Shown here: positions 24,048-38,200 of the stretch, piece after piece
How the letters are laid out: every line of letters begins with the position of its first letter
Numbering within the stretch: position 1 is the stretch's first letter
Made by a program: the position numbers and the translations under genes
Assembly (NCBI GenBank): GCA_950097015.1
Contig: CATNEN010000003.1
Location: forward strand, 15,872,001 to 15,936,000
DNA: 64,000 bases
Direction of reading: 5' to 3'
From: Macrostomum hystrix
Lineage: Eukaryota; Animalia; Platyhelminthes
The notes under the pieces: model-generated
What the model was told of the DNA's origin: nothing
The model's database searches: none
Seen by the model: only the letters and a program-made list of their open reading frames with translations

Positions 24048-25848
24048 CGAAAAAAGGCGGGGGGCAGATGCCGTCGAGTTTGTGAAACGAATGTACATTC
24101 CTCTAATTCCTAACGCAGATTGTAGGCACCAATGTACGCACGCGAGTGACGCTTACAGAACTCTATGACCTTCCCTTACTAACCTGATACTAACCAGGGC
24201 CAATCATAGTTAAAGTACGCTCGTAATATGCCAAGCATCGATTACAAAATAATAATATAATTTTAACTAACTACGGGTTAGTTGCGTGAATTATCGAATC
24301 AGTCCAATCATAGGACACACCGCACTTGCATGATAAGTCAGTAACTTGACAATTGGGGACAGAAGAGCTGAGAGGAGAAGAAGAAAATGAGACCCTAGAA
24401 AATTCTTGACCCTAATTATCTCGAAGTCTTCATTTCCGCACACTCTACTGTGAAGCAGAGTCCTGTTAGTAAAAGTACACTCACCAGAAGCACATATACA
24501 CGCTACATTTAATTAAACTGTAAACTGCTTTGATATGATATCTATACTGAACTTTTTGCCTGAGCTTGCTTTTTGAGAACACTGTATTGGGCCGATGTCA
24601 GAACTCCTGCAGTATTCATCCAAAAGTGGGTATACTGCCTGTGCAAATTAGATTTATAAAATTGTTTGTCATAGTTTTTGTTTAGTTTATATTTCTCGCG
24701 TGTTTTATTTAGACCAGCTTCGAGTTATATTTATTTCAACTAATCAGTTGCACATGTCTTAATTGTCTCTATACTAAGAAACTGAAATGCTTCTTTTCTC
24801 AAGCAAAGTCTTTGTTCAGCTAGTAATACAAATTCAGCAACTTTCGAAGTACATGTTTATCCGATTCTTATTGTTTGTCAAGCATAACTAGTGCAATGTA
24901 CTCAATATTAAATATATAAGTAAGTAGTATGTGCGATCCCTTAACTATTGCTTAATTGCATAGCAACGATTAATAAGCGAATATTCGTATTGTGAATCTC
25001 ACCCTAAATTTATAAATATATATTATGCATACTATACGAGCGAATTTGTTTCCTCTGAAAGAAGACTGTTGAAAAAGAAGAAAGTAACGATTACGATGGC
25101 ATTTACACTTCTCTGGTCTAATGCATATAAATCTCGTTAGATCTCGTTGGCAATTTGTACCGCATGCTTAAAACCGTCAACAGTTATTTTCCTGAATTGC
25201 TTCCAGGCACTGTCATATCAAATCATTCTATTATATAAAATCGAACAAAAATTCTGTTTAAATTCTACTAAAGTATTCAATTTAGAAGCCTCACCGACTT
25301 GAGTAGTGTCTGCCGCACTTACATTCGGCTTCCTAGAGTAGTCCCTAAGGAACTAACAGAAACCAGACGTTGCGAAGAGTGCTGCATTGCACACGGCGCA
25401 TAGGAGACACATCTGAGACATGAACTTTTCTATACTTGAAGAGTAACCTGTTCCAAGAGTCTGTCAGGAGGGCTCGTGTCCCTTGAGAAACGGAAGCAAA
25501 TTGTGAGGATCTAAGGGGGAGACGAGTACAGTGCGAGGATAAGGAGGATGATAGGATTAGAAAGATTAGATCAACTTTAAATTTCAATGCGAAATTTACA
25601 ATTTGAGAAGTAGGATCACTTGGACGCAGCTAATGACCGTTTCAATGATGCGGTAATGATCATTCACATGCAACTATTATCATACATCTCACAAATAGTT
25701 TAAGTCCTTGCTCGAAGACACAAATCGGGTAAAACGGGCTCATAGGCTCCCAAATAATATATTTTGCAAGTTATAGTTCATTGGAATAAAATTTTCATTT
25801 CTTGAAATGACTTACTAAAATAGTCATTGAACCTTGGAATGATGTATT

Positions 25849-26214
25849 GGTCGGTGGCAGAGCGGTTAACGCGTTTGCCTCTCGCACCAAGGCCCCTAAG
25901 TTCGATTCCGCGGCGAGGCCACTCGCATTAATTTGGGGCGCAGCCGCGGAGAGAAGGCTTGGGGGCTTGTCGTGCAATTTATGCCCTTGAGGGCCAACCT
26001 CCAAGGCACAATGAAATCTACACTGCCTGACGATGAGAAAGTCAGGGCAGATGTACACACCTGTGTGAGCTTGTGCCTGCGTACGGTATCTGTGTGAGTG
26101 TGTTCTCAGGAGTCAGAGGAATGGGCAGAATTGCCTCCTTGCTGGCTGCGAGTCTAGTGTCACCAAACGATGTGCCTTCAGCTCTCCTGCAATTATCAAT
26201 ATTATTATTATTAT
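25849..26214 (+). mobile_element. tRNA-derived SINE, most complete copy (~365 bp)
   Basis: Pol III A box TGGCAGAGCGG, B box GTTCGATTCC, tRNA-like head, body with hairpin CTGCCTGAC-GATGAGAAA-GTCAGGGCAG, short TG-rich stretch, 3' (ATT)n tail. Confidence 0.9.
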
Positions 26215-28656
26215 GAACTGATATAGCAGTTCAGAGTTACATATGCATAAATATTAGTTCCTAACGCCCCATATTTAAGTAACCAAACAGACTCAATTAA
26301 GCATTGCGAATCGATCTAAAAAGTTAGTTCCTAACCCTGCACACAGCAGCGCAAACTCTACCGGAAGTAATTCGTTAGTCGGCCAGGCATTTTGGTGGCT
26401 AGTTTTTGGCTGCAATTTTAGTTGCAATGTATCTCGGCTCGTGTAGAAATTGGCGTTCTTTTAAAATATGAGCTAATAGCAGCGTCTCAGAGGTGCCAAA
26501 TCGATCACGATTGAGTTTTTGCGGATAATTTTTCAGTTCAAATTAGCTATTTTTTTGCACCGCAGCTCCGAGCAAAACAATTTGCTCGATGCATCAAGCA
26601 ATTTGTGCCCACCAAAATTGATGTCAAAACTATATGGTTGGTGGTACAGAATTATAACAAAAAACTACTTTTGAAAATATGAAAATGCCTGAGAATTTTC
26701 CGTCAGAGTTGACAGGTCAGACCTGTCACTTTCAAAATTTTTCTGACGTACTTTTACAAGCAGTTGCGTTATCAATAGAGAAAAGCGTAGGTTTTATCGT
26801 TAATGTAAATCTATTAAATTAACAAACGATCGTATTAAAGATAAGTTAATCGTTCACCGTTACAAAAATAACTGTTTTTTTCTGGTGAAGAAGATATGAT
26901 TAATACTTGCTAACTTAGCAAAATCTGCAAAAAGTAACGATTTTTTGTTATTCCGTTATTCCCGGAGCTAGCTGTAACTGAACATAGTAAAATTCTAATC
27001 ACGTAAGCTAATATATAATTTGTTATCAAATAATATTGGGAAAAAAATCACGTTTTTCAGTTCGACATTGATTGTCCATGATTAATATTATTGCATCTGT
27101 GCGCAGCAGCATATTTAATAAAAAAGGCATACAGAAATTCTAGAAAAATCTGAAGTGTGTGCATACAGAAGACCATGTAGCACTACATTGCAGATTGCTA
27201 ATATAAAATGCTAATTCTGCTTTGCAATAGCAAAAGTGCTGCAATGTCTGTACTAAACACTGTGAGAGAGATCGCGTCAATGATTTGATATTGGGAAATT
27301 TCCTGCTCTTCGTCCCATTTGGGAGCATCAGGAACTGTGAGCATAGGGTATCATATTCGACCCTAATTGTGTGAATGCTGGTTTAATCTATCGAGGCACA
27401 TTAGCTGCCAAAAAAATTGCACACAACGTGCTTTATTTTTCTGTTATTCGCTTGTTATTATTTGCCTTTGCAATAGGTCAGAAGTTCGAATCTCTGTATG
27501 TAAGGACGCGTAATTGAAGGCCAAAGTTTCTAAAGCAAAGGCTGTTACTAACTCTCAGATAAATATGCTGTTATCAGTTGTCTCAACGGCAAAATTTTGT
27601 CTTATAGTGATTGATTTTTTCTGTAAACTAGAAATGTAATCTGTCTTTTCTGGAGCAATTGATATTGAGCAATTGCAAGAGTGCAAACTAATAGGAGCGA
27701 AGGATTCTAGAAAGATGTACGCCCTCATATGTATCCTTCGAAGAAATTGTTTCTTATTAACTTCCAATGCACTCAATCTTAATTACTGTCTCATAGAAAA
27801 CTTCTCGCAACCGAATAGAGAGTTCTATTATGAAAAATGTTAGCCAACGGCTGTATTTCTTAATTCTCTTTCCCTCTTAACTTGTGAGGGTCTTGAGTTT
27901 CATTTGTAAAGTAATGACGAAAGTCCCACTGTGAATTGTCTCGACTGCCGCTGCTGCTGTTGCTGTCGTAATCTCCGTCGATTATCGTTTTTATGGGTTT
28001 TGTATCATGGATCACGTATCGTCGATTATGTACCGTGAATCATGTAAAATGGATCATGTATGATGTATGATGTATCACGGATCGTGAATCATTGCATACT
28101 ACTATACAGTACTAATATAATATTGCTTGTATACTACTAATGTCGTGTACAGTAGTATACGAGAATGTATTGACGCACCCTAACGTTCTATAGGTTCATC
28201 CAATATGAAAAGATTCACTCAATTCCCTCTTCTGCATACTATGAGTAGGAAATCGCTTACTACTCTAGAAAATTTGTTTGAATCTCTGAAGCTCTAGCAA
28301 ATAAAAATTAATGAACAAGCACATGGGTGAGTTCATGCATAAATTGAATTCTTTACATAACGTTAAAATATTTAACTTTAGATTTCTAAATAAAAGCATT
28401 TACTGATGCATATAGAAATAAGAACAAGACAAATAATTATGAGTACAGATAAGGGTTCATAATCAGTTTGACCTGCCATGTAAGCCGATATGTTGTGAAA
28501 TTAAAAAAAACTATAAATATAATTCAGATGAAAGCAGACAGAAAGACACCGACCGACACTTAAATCTAACAGACAGACACTTACATCTAACAGACGTACA
28601 CTTACATCTAACAGACATGCAGCCACTTTAACACAAGTTATATGCACTCTAGAGTA

Positions 28657-31600
28657 CTAAAAGTAGCTTAATGATCTGGAATTATCGACCGCAGAATCCG
28701 GGCCGGCTTCATCCTCAGCAGACGAGTTTGTACCGGACCCTTCATGTTGCTCCTTTAGAATGCTCAGCTGCCTGTTTCGATGCTGTTGTCGACTCGATCT
28801 GGCAAATAGATTGCCAGCCAGGCTGTCTTCAATGTCGTCCGCGTTGACATCGCCATCGGACGAAGCCGACGATGAACTGGACGAAGCAGATGCTTCAGAA
28901 TCTGACGACTCGCTGCTGCTGCAACCGTTGCTAGTCGATAGGCTTTCCGAGCTGGATGACGACGAGGAAGTTGAGTCGCACTCGCTGCTTGAGTAAGCTT
29001 CTCGCAGCTCGCTGGCATCTCGGAAGCTGCAGCTCCGGCCGCCCATTGATTGTCTGGCAGCTCTGCGTGCGGTGGAGTTTCTCAGGGTGGACTGCGATGC
29101 CGATTTCAAACTGATGATACCTCTGTCTAACAGGATTAACTTGTGTCTAACAGGATTACCATGTGTCTAACAGGATTAACTTGTGTCTAACAGGATTAGC
29201 TTGTGTCTAACAGGATTAACTTGTTTCTAACAGGATTAACTTGTGTCTAACAGGATTAACTTGTGTCTAACAGCATTACCTTGTGTCTAACAGGATTACC
29301 TTGTGTCTAACAGGATTAGCTTGTGTCTAACAGGATTAACTTGTGTCTAACAGGATTAACTTGTGTCTAACAGGATTAACTTGTGTCTAACAGCATTACC
29401 TTGTGTCTAACAGGATTACCTTGTGTCTAACAGGATTACATTGTGTCTAACAGGATTACCTTGTGTCTAACAGGATTACCTTGTGTCTAACAGGATTACC
29501 TTGTGTCTAACAGGATTACCTTGTGTCTAACAGGATTACCTTGTGTCTAACAGCATTACCTTGTGTCTAACAGCATTACCTTGTGTCTAACAGGATTACC
29601 TTGTGTCTAACAGGATTACCTTGTGTCTAACAGCATTACCTTGTGTCTAACAGGATTAGCTTGTGTCTAACAGGATTAGCTTGTGTCTAACAGGATTACC
29701 TAGTGTCTAACAGGATTAGCTTGTGTCTAACAGGATTACCTTGTGTCTAACAGGATTAGCTTGTGTCTAACAGGATTAACTTGTGTCTAACAGGATTAAC
29801 TTGTGTCTAACAGGATTAACTTGTGTCTAACAGGATTACCTTGTGTCTAACAGGATTACATTGTGTCTAACAGGATTACCTTGTGTCTAACAGGATTACC
29901 TTGTGTCTAACAGCATTACCTTGTGTCTAACAGGATTACCTTGTGTCTAACAGGATTACCTTGTGTCTAACAGCATTACCTTGTGTCTAACAGGATTAGC
30001 TTGTGTCTAACAGGATTACCTAGTGTCTAACAGGATTAGCTTGTGTCTAACAGGATTAGCTTGTGTCTAACAGGATTACCTAGTGTCTAACAGGATTAGC
30101 TTGTGTCTAACAGGATTACCTTGTGTCTAACAGGATTAGCTTGTGTCTAACAGGACTAACTTGTGTCTAACAGGATTACCTTGTGTCTAACAGGATTACC
30201 TTGTGTCTAACAGCATTACCTTGTGTCTAACAGGATTAACTTGTGTCTAACAGCATTACCTTGTGTCTAACAGGATTACCTTGTGTCTAACAGGATTACC
30301 TTGTGTCTAACAGGATTAACTTGTGTCTAACAGGATTACCTTGTGTCTAACAGGACTAACTTGTGTCTAACAGGATTACCTTGTGTCTAACAGGATTACC
30401 TTGTGTCTAACAGCATTACCTTGTGTCTAACAGGATTAGCTTGTGTCTAACAGGATTACCTAGTGTCTAACAGGATTAGCTTGTGTCTAACAGGATTACC
30501 TTGTGTCTAACAGGATTAGCTTGTGTCTAACAGGATTAACTTGTGTCCAACACCATTACCTTGTGTCTAACAGGATTAACTTGTGTCTAACAGGATTACC
30601 TTGTGTCTAACAGCATTACCTTGTGTCTAACAGGATTACCTTGTGTCTAACAGGATTACATTGTGTCTAACAGGATTAACTTGTGTCTAACAGGATTACC
30701 TTGTGTCTAACAGGATTACCTTGTGTCTAACAGGATTACCTTGTGTCTAACAGGATTACATTGTGTCTAACAGGATTAACTTGTGTCTAACAGGATTACC
30801 TTGTGTCTAACAGCATTACCTTGTGTCTAACAGGATTACCTTGTGTCTAACAGGATTACCTTGTGTCTAACAGCATTACCTTGTGTCTAACAGGATTAGC
30901 TTGTGTCTAACAGGATTACCTAGTGTCTAACAGGATTAGCTTGTGTCTAACAGGATTAACTTGTGTCTAACAGGATTAGCTTGTGTCTAACAGGATTAAC
31001 TTGTGTCCAACACCATTACCTTGTGTCTAACAGGATTAACTTGTGTCTAACAGGATTACCTTGTGTCTAACAGGATTAGCTTGTGTCTAACAGGATTACC
31101 TTGTGTCTAACAGGATTACATTGTGTCTAACAGGATTAACTTGTGTCTAACAGGATTACCTTGTGTCTAACAGGATTACCTTGTGTCTAACAGGATTACC
31201 TTGTGTCTAACAGGATTACATTGTGTCTAACAGGATTAACTTGTGTCTAACAGGATTACCTTGTGTCTAACAGGACTAACTTGTGTCTAACAGCATTACC
31301 TTGTGTCTAACAGGATTAACTTGTGTCTAACAGCATTACCTTGTGTCTAACAGGATTAACTTGTGTCTAACAGCATTACCTTGTGCTAACAGGATTACCT
31401 TGTGTCTAACAGGATTACCTTGTGTCTAACAGGATTAACTTGTGCTAACAGGATTAGCTTGTGTCTAACAGGATTAGCTTGTGTCTAACAGGATTACCTA
31501 GTGTCTAACAGGATTAACTTGTGTCTAACAGGATTACCTTGTGTCTAACAGCATTACCTTGTGTCTAACAGGATTACCTTGTGTCTAACAGGATTACATT

Positions 31601-34600
31601 GTGTCTAACAGGATTAACTTGTGTCTAACAGGATTACCTTGTGTCTAACAGGATTACCTTGTGTCTAACAGGATTACATTGTGTCTAACAGGATTAACTT
31701 GTGTCTAACAGGATTACCTTGTGTCTAACAGGACTAACTTGTGTCTAACAGGATTACCTTGTGTCTAACAGGATTACCTTGTGTCTAACAGCATTACCTT
31801 GTGTCTAACAGGATTAGCTTGTGTCTAACAGGATTACCTAGTGTCTAACAGGATTAGCTTGTGTCTAACAGGATTACCTTGTGTCTAACAGGATTAGCTT
31901 GTGTCTAACAGGATTAACTTGTGTCCAACACCATTACCTTGTGTCTAACAGGATTAACTTGTGTCTAACAGGATTACCTTGTGTCTAACAGCATTACCTT
32001 GTGTCTAACAGGATTACCTTGTGTCTAACAGGATTACATTGTGTCTAACAGGATTAACTTGTGTCTAACAGGATTACCTTGTGTCTAACAGGATTACCTT
32101 GTGTCTAACAGGATTACCTTGTGTCTAACAGGATTACATTGTGTCTAACAGGATTAACTTGTGTCTAACAGGATTACCTTGTGTCTAACAGGATTACCTT
32201 GTGTCTAACAGGATTAGCTTGTGTCTAACAGGATTAACTTGTGTCCAACACCATTACCTTGTGTCTAACAGGATTAACTTGTGTCTAACAGGATTACCTT
32301 GTGTCTAACAGCATTACCTTGTGTCTAACAGGATTACCTTGTGTCTAACAGGATTACATTATGTCTAACAGGATTAACTTGTGTCTAACAGGATTACCTT
32401 GTGTCTAACAGGATTACCTTGTGTCTAACAGGATTACCTTGTGTCTAACAGGATTACATTGTGTCTAACAGGATTAACTTGTGTCTAACAGGATTACCTT
32501 GTGTCTAACAGGACTAACTTGTGTCTAACAGCATTACCTTGTGTCTAACAGGATTAACTTGTGTCTAACAGCATTACCTTGTGTCTAACAGGATTAACTT
32601 GTGTCTAACAGCATTACCTTGTGCTAACAGGATTACCTTGTGTCTAACAGGATTACCTTGTGTCTAACAGGATTAACTTGTGCTAACAGGATTACCTTGT
32701 GTCTAACAGGATTACCTAGTGTCTAACAGGATTAGCTTGTGTCTAACAGGATTAACTTGTGTCTAACAGCATTACCTTGTGTCTAACAGGATTAACTTGT
32801 GTCTAACAGCATTACCTTGTGCTAACAGGATTACCTTGTGTCTAACAGGATTACCTTGTGTCTAACAGGATTAACTTGTGTCTAACAGGATTAACTTGTG
32901 CTAACAGGATTACATTGTGTCTAACAGGATTACCTTGTGTCTAACAGGATGCAGTTAACAGGAATAACTATTTGGCAGAAGGCAGTTGTCGGATTCTAAG
33001 AATCGCCGCCAAAGCTGGTATTTCATAGAATAGCAGTTATAAACCTGTCTTTGTTTTTTTAGAAAAAAATACATTGCGAAAACATTAGTGCCTGCTCTCT
33101 TAGTAAAGATTGTGGTGTAACAAATCCGAAAAATAATTGTTTTTAGCCAGTTTTCCAATTTTTATGCATTTCTTTAGAATGGATATTTTACTGCTCCGGT
33201 TTATATCTTGCCGTGCTTTTATTGGCGAATTATTTTAAGTGGGCCAAGACGACTTGTAAAACTGTTTCTAAGAAAGCCTGCTCTTAATGTCGACCTAAAT
33301 TGGGCATAAACGGTTTATGTTATTTGCATGGCCTTTACGCAAGAGAAAGAGCAGATAGGAGAAAGGAGAGGAGGGGAGGCAGGAGAGAGGAGAGGGGAGA
33401 AAGGAGAGAGGAGAGAGGGGAGAGGGGAGAGAGGAGAGAAGGGAGAGGGGAGAGGGGAGGGGGAGAGGATAGAGGAGAGAGGAGAGAGGGGAGAGGGGAG
33501 AGGAGAGAGGGTTAGAGGAGAGAGGGGAGAGGAGAACAGAGAAAGAGAGGAGAGAAGAGGAGAGTGGAGAGAGTGGAGAGAGGAGAGCAGAGGAGAGAAT
33601 ACAGAGAGGAGAGGAGAGGAGAGTGGAGAGAGGAGAGCAGAGGAGAGAAGAGGAGAGTGGAGAGAGGAGAGCAGAGGAGAGAAGAGGAGAGTGGAGAGAG
33701 GAGAGCAGAGAGAAGAGGAGAGTTGAGAGAGGAGAGCAGAGGAGAGAAAAGGAGAGTGGAGAGAGGAGAGCAGATAAAGAGAGGAGAGAAGAGGAGAGTG
33801 GAGAGAGGAGAGCAGAGGAGAGAGGAGAGAAGAGGAGAGTGCAGAGAGGAGAGCAGAGAAAGAGAGGAGAGAAGAGGAGAGTGGAGAGAGGAGAGCAGAG
33901 GAGAGAGGAGAGAAGAGGAGAGTGCAGAGAGGAGAGCAGAGAAAGAGAGGAGAGAAGAGGAGAGTGGAGAGAGGAGAGCAGAGGAGAGAGGAGGGACGAA
34001 AGTAGATAGGTGCGATATTAGAGAGAAAAGACGGTAGGAGAGAGGAACGAGGAAAGATGAGACAGTAGGAGGTAGAGAAGATGTAAAATACAAATGTAAA
34101 TGTAATGTAAATATAAAATGTACTGAAGTAAAAGGTAAACTAAAATAAGATTCACTAGAAAAGACTGGTGTGGTTTTATTAGCAACATATAAATCGGAAA
34201 ATGACTAATTTAACAGACCAGATTTTTAACTCTGCACTGCACGTCTCACCCATTGTTGAAACTGTGAGTTATTGTCTCCGCTACGCGTACATCAGGTAAT
34301 GATGCGGAATGCACAAGTCTGCCAAATTCGAGTGTAAAATGATCCATTTCGGTGATGTCTTTGTGTTTCTTGTGCCTATTTTTTTCAGGAAATTGCGACG
34401 CAGTGACACAGCATTGCTACTATACCCAATGTTTGTCAGCTTGTCGAGTTGAATTTTCTAAGAAAACTATTTAGAAGATTCGATTGGGTTAATGTCCAGG
34501 CCAATCAGAGCAGGCAAGCCCGAGATCAATAGTAGTGTTGGCGTGAGCTAATATTAGTAGTATAGGTAGTAGAATCTCAGGCCCTATATACTTATTTCTT

Positions 34601-34998
34601 TATGCTTTAGTTCAACCGGTCGCAGTATAAAATGGGTATAACCTAGAGTCTAACTACATACTTACTAACGTTAGTAATAATAATAGTTTTAGTAGTAATA
34701 GTCGTTGTTAATGTTGTAAAATTTCTCGTAGTAGTAGTAATAATAGTAGTAATAATATTAGTACAGGGACAGTAGCATTAGCACAAGCAGTATTATAATT
34801 TAGCAGCAATGTGTAGGGGTATTAGTAGTGGCAGTATAATTATTAGTAGTAGCATTATCAGCATTTCGCGAGGTCGGTAGGGGCTTAAAAATCTGCTGGA
34901 TTCCAATGCCTATTTTACCCCCATACCAATAGTCACCCGGTGCAGCTTACTTGCGCTTAACACCTGGACCAATTATCTTAGTCTCGATGATGTTGCGG
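28657..34998 (-). CDS. Hypothetical Ser/acidic-rich protein, multi-exon, 5' end unresolved
   Basis: GC-rich terminal exon 29122-28657 (poly-Ser, acidic). It joins in phase to candidate exons ~34318-34250 (LVHSASLPDVRVAETITHSFNNG|GTGAG) and ~35004-34951 (LYRNIIETKIIGPGVKRK|GTAAG). A further candidate exon lies at ~40711-40597 (MSGHRDSG...NLNLTA|GTGAGT). No recognisable domain. Confidence 0.45.
29123..32950. repeat. 20-bp minisatellite (TTGTGTCTAACAGGATTACC)n, ~190 units
   Basis: Near-perfect periodicity with variants ATTACC/ATTAAC/ATTAGC/ATTACA and CAGC, and rare 19-bp units. Confidence 0.98.
33355..34080. repeat. Polypurine GA-rich low-complexity array
   Basis: Almost pure G/A on the + strand (GGAGA, GAGAGGAGAGCAGA). 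Confidence 0.92.
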
Positions 34999-35230
34999 TA
35001 AAGCTTGGAAAATCATTGCCAATTCTGCTGTCTTCACTGCCTCGCTGAACTGTTTTGCTTGCAAGCAGTTCGTAATTAGTCTGTTTTGCTTGCAAAAATG
35101 TACTTTTAGGAGTTACTGGGAGTGAAGTTTGTTTTTTTGCCAGCTACAAACGAGAGATTATATTTAACTGTTGGCTAGTTATCTAATGAGCTAAAAGCTC
35201 TGCGATGTTTAACTGGCTTGTGACTTCCGA

Positions 35231-38200
35231 CCCTTCACTCCTCACCCCTCACTCCTCACTGTTCACTGCTCACTCCTCACTGCTCACTGCTCACTGCTCA
35301 CTGTTCACTCCTCACTGCTCACTGCTCACTGCTCACTGCTCACTGCTCACTCCTCACTGCTCACTGCTCACTGTTCACTCCTCACTGCTCACTGCTCACT
35401 GCTCACTGCTCACTGCTCACTCCTCACTGCTCACTGCTCACTGCTCACTCCTCACTCCTCACCCCTCACTCCTCACTCCTCACCCCTCACTCCTCACTGT
35501 TCACTGCTCACTCCTCACTGCTCACTGCTCACTGCTCACTGCTCACTGCTCACTGCTCACTGTTCACTGCTCACTGCTCACTGCTCACTCCTCACTGCTC
35601 ACTGCTCACTGCTCACTGCTCACTCCTCACTGCTCACTCCTCACTCCTCACTCTTCACTCCTCACTGCTCACTGCTCACTGCTCACTCCTCACTCCTCAC
35701 TCCTCACTGCTCACTGCTCACTCCTCACTCTTCACTCCTCACTGTTCACTGCTCACTCCTCACTGCTCACTGCTCACTGCTCACTGTTCACTGCTCACTG
35801 CTCACTGCTCACTCCTCACTGCTCACTGCTCACTGCTCACTGCTCACTGCTCACTGCTCACTCCTCACTCCTAACTGCTCACTGCTCACTGCTCAATGCT
35901 CACTGCTCACTGCTCACTGCTCACTGCTCACTGCTCACTGTTCACTGCTCACTGCTCACTGCTCACTCCTCACTGCTCACTGCTCACTGCTCACTGCTCA
36001 CTGCTCACTGCTCACTCCTCACTCCTCACTCTTCACTCCTCACTGCTCACTGCTCACTGCTCACTCCTCACTCCTCACTCCTCACTGCTCACTGCTCACT
36101 CCTCACTCTTCACTCCTCACTGTTCACTGCTCACTCCTCACTGCTCACTGCTCACTGCTCACTGTTCACTGCTCACTGCTCACTGCTCACTCCTCACTGC
36201 TCACTGCTCACTGCTCACTGCTCACTGCTCACTGCTCACTCCTCACTGCTCACTCCTCACTCCTCACTGCTCACTGCTCACTGCTCACTGCTCACTGCTC
36301 ACTGCTCACTGCTCACTGCTCACTGTTCACTGCTCACTGCTCACTGCTCACTCCTCACTGCTCACTGCTCACTGCTCACTGCTCACTGCTCACTGCTCAC
36401 TCCTCACTCCTCACTCTTCACTCCTCACTGCTCACTGCTCACTGCTCACTCCTCACTCCTCACTCCTCACTGCTCACTGCTCACTCCTCACTCTTCACTC
36501 CTCACTGTTCACTGCTCACTCCTCACTGCTCACTGCTCACTGCTCACTGTTCACTGCTCACTGCTCACTGCTCACTCCTCACTGCTCACTGCTCACTGCT
36601 CACTGCTCACTGCTCACTGCTCACTCCTCACTGCTCACTCCTCACTCCTCACTGCTCACTCCTCACTGCTCACTGCTCACTGCTCACTCCTCACTGCTCA
36701 CTGCTCACTCCTCACTCCTCACTGCTCACTCCTCACTCCTCACTCCTCACTGCTCACTCCTCACTCCTCACTGCGCACTCCTCACTGCTCACTGCTCACT
36801 GCTCACGGCTCACTGCTCACTGCTCACTCCTCACTCCTCACTGCTCACTCCTCACTCCTCACTGCTCACTCCTCACTCCTCACTGCTCACTGCTCACTGC
36901 TCACTGCTCACTGCTCACTGCTCACTCCTCACTCTTCACTGCTCACTCCTCACTGCTCACTGCTCACTGCTCACTGCTCACTGCTCACTGCTCACTCCTC
37001 ACTGCTCACTGCTCACTCCTCACTGCTCACTGCTCACTCCTCACTCCTCACTCTTCACTGCTCACTCCTCACTGCTCACTGCTCACTGCTCACTGCTCAC
37101 TGCTCACTCCTCACTGCTCACTGCTCACTCCTCACTGCTCACTGCTCACTGCTCACTCTTCACTGCTCACTCCTCACTGCTCACTGCTCACTGCTCACTG
37201 CTCACTGCTCACTCCTCACTGCTCACTGCTCACTCCTCACTGCTCACTGCTCACTCCTCACTCCTCACTGCTCACTCCTCACTGCTCACTCCTCACTGCT
37301 CACTGCTCACTCCTCACTGCTCACTGCTCACTCCTCACTCCTCACTGCTCACTCCTCACTGCTCACTCCTCACTGCTCACTGCTCACTCCTCACTGCTCA
37401 CTGCTCACTCCTCACTCCTCACTGCTCACTCCTCACTGCTCACTCCTCACTGCTCACTGCTCACTCCTCACTCCTCACTGCTCACTGCTCACTGCTCACT
37501 GCTCACTCCTCACTGCTCACTGCTCACTCCTCACTGCTCACTGCTCACTGCTCACTCTTCACTGCTCACTCCTCACTGCTCACTGCTCACTGCTCACTGC
37601 TCACTCCTCACTGCTCACTGCTCACTCCTCACTCCTCACTGCTCACTCCTCACTGCTCACTCCTCACTGCTCACTGCTCACTCCTCACTGCTCACTGCTC
37701 ACTCCTCACTCCTCACTGCTCACTCCTCACTGCTCACTCCTCACTGCTCACTGCTCACTCCTCACTCCTCACTGCTCACTGCTCACTGCTCACTCCTCAC
37801 TCCTCACTGCTCACTGCTCACTCCTCACTGCTCACTGCTCACTCCTCACTCCTCACTGCTCACTGCTCACTCCTCACTCCTCACTGCTCACTGCTCACTC
37901 CTCACTGCTCACTCCTCACTGCTCACTGCTCACTCCTCACTCCTCACTGCTCACTGCTCACTCCTCACTGCTCACTCCTCACTGCTCACTGCTCACTCCT
38001 CACTCCTCACTGCTCACTCCTCACTGCTCACTGCTCACTCCTCACTCCTCACTGCTCACTGCTCACTGCTCACTCCTCACTGCTCACTGCTCACTCCTCA
38101 CTGCTCACTGCTCACTCCTCACTCCTCACTGCTCACTCCTCACTGCTCACTGCTCACTCCTCACTCCTCACTGCTCACTGCTCACTGCTCACTCCTCACT

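Noticed and set aside
26010-26060. Hammerhead-like CUGACGA...GAAA-GUC in the SINE
   Set aside because: Only 3 nt lie between CUGANGA and GAAA and there is no room for stem III. The bases are better explained as the simple CUGAC/GUCAG hairpin.
32955-33158. Possible extra exon of the Ser-rich gene next to the 20-bp array
   Set aside because: The in-phase reading from the nearest acceptor hits a stop, and I found no good donor.
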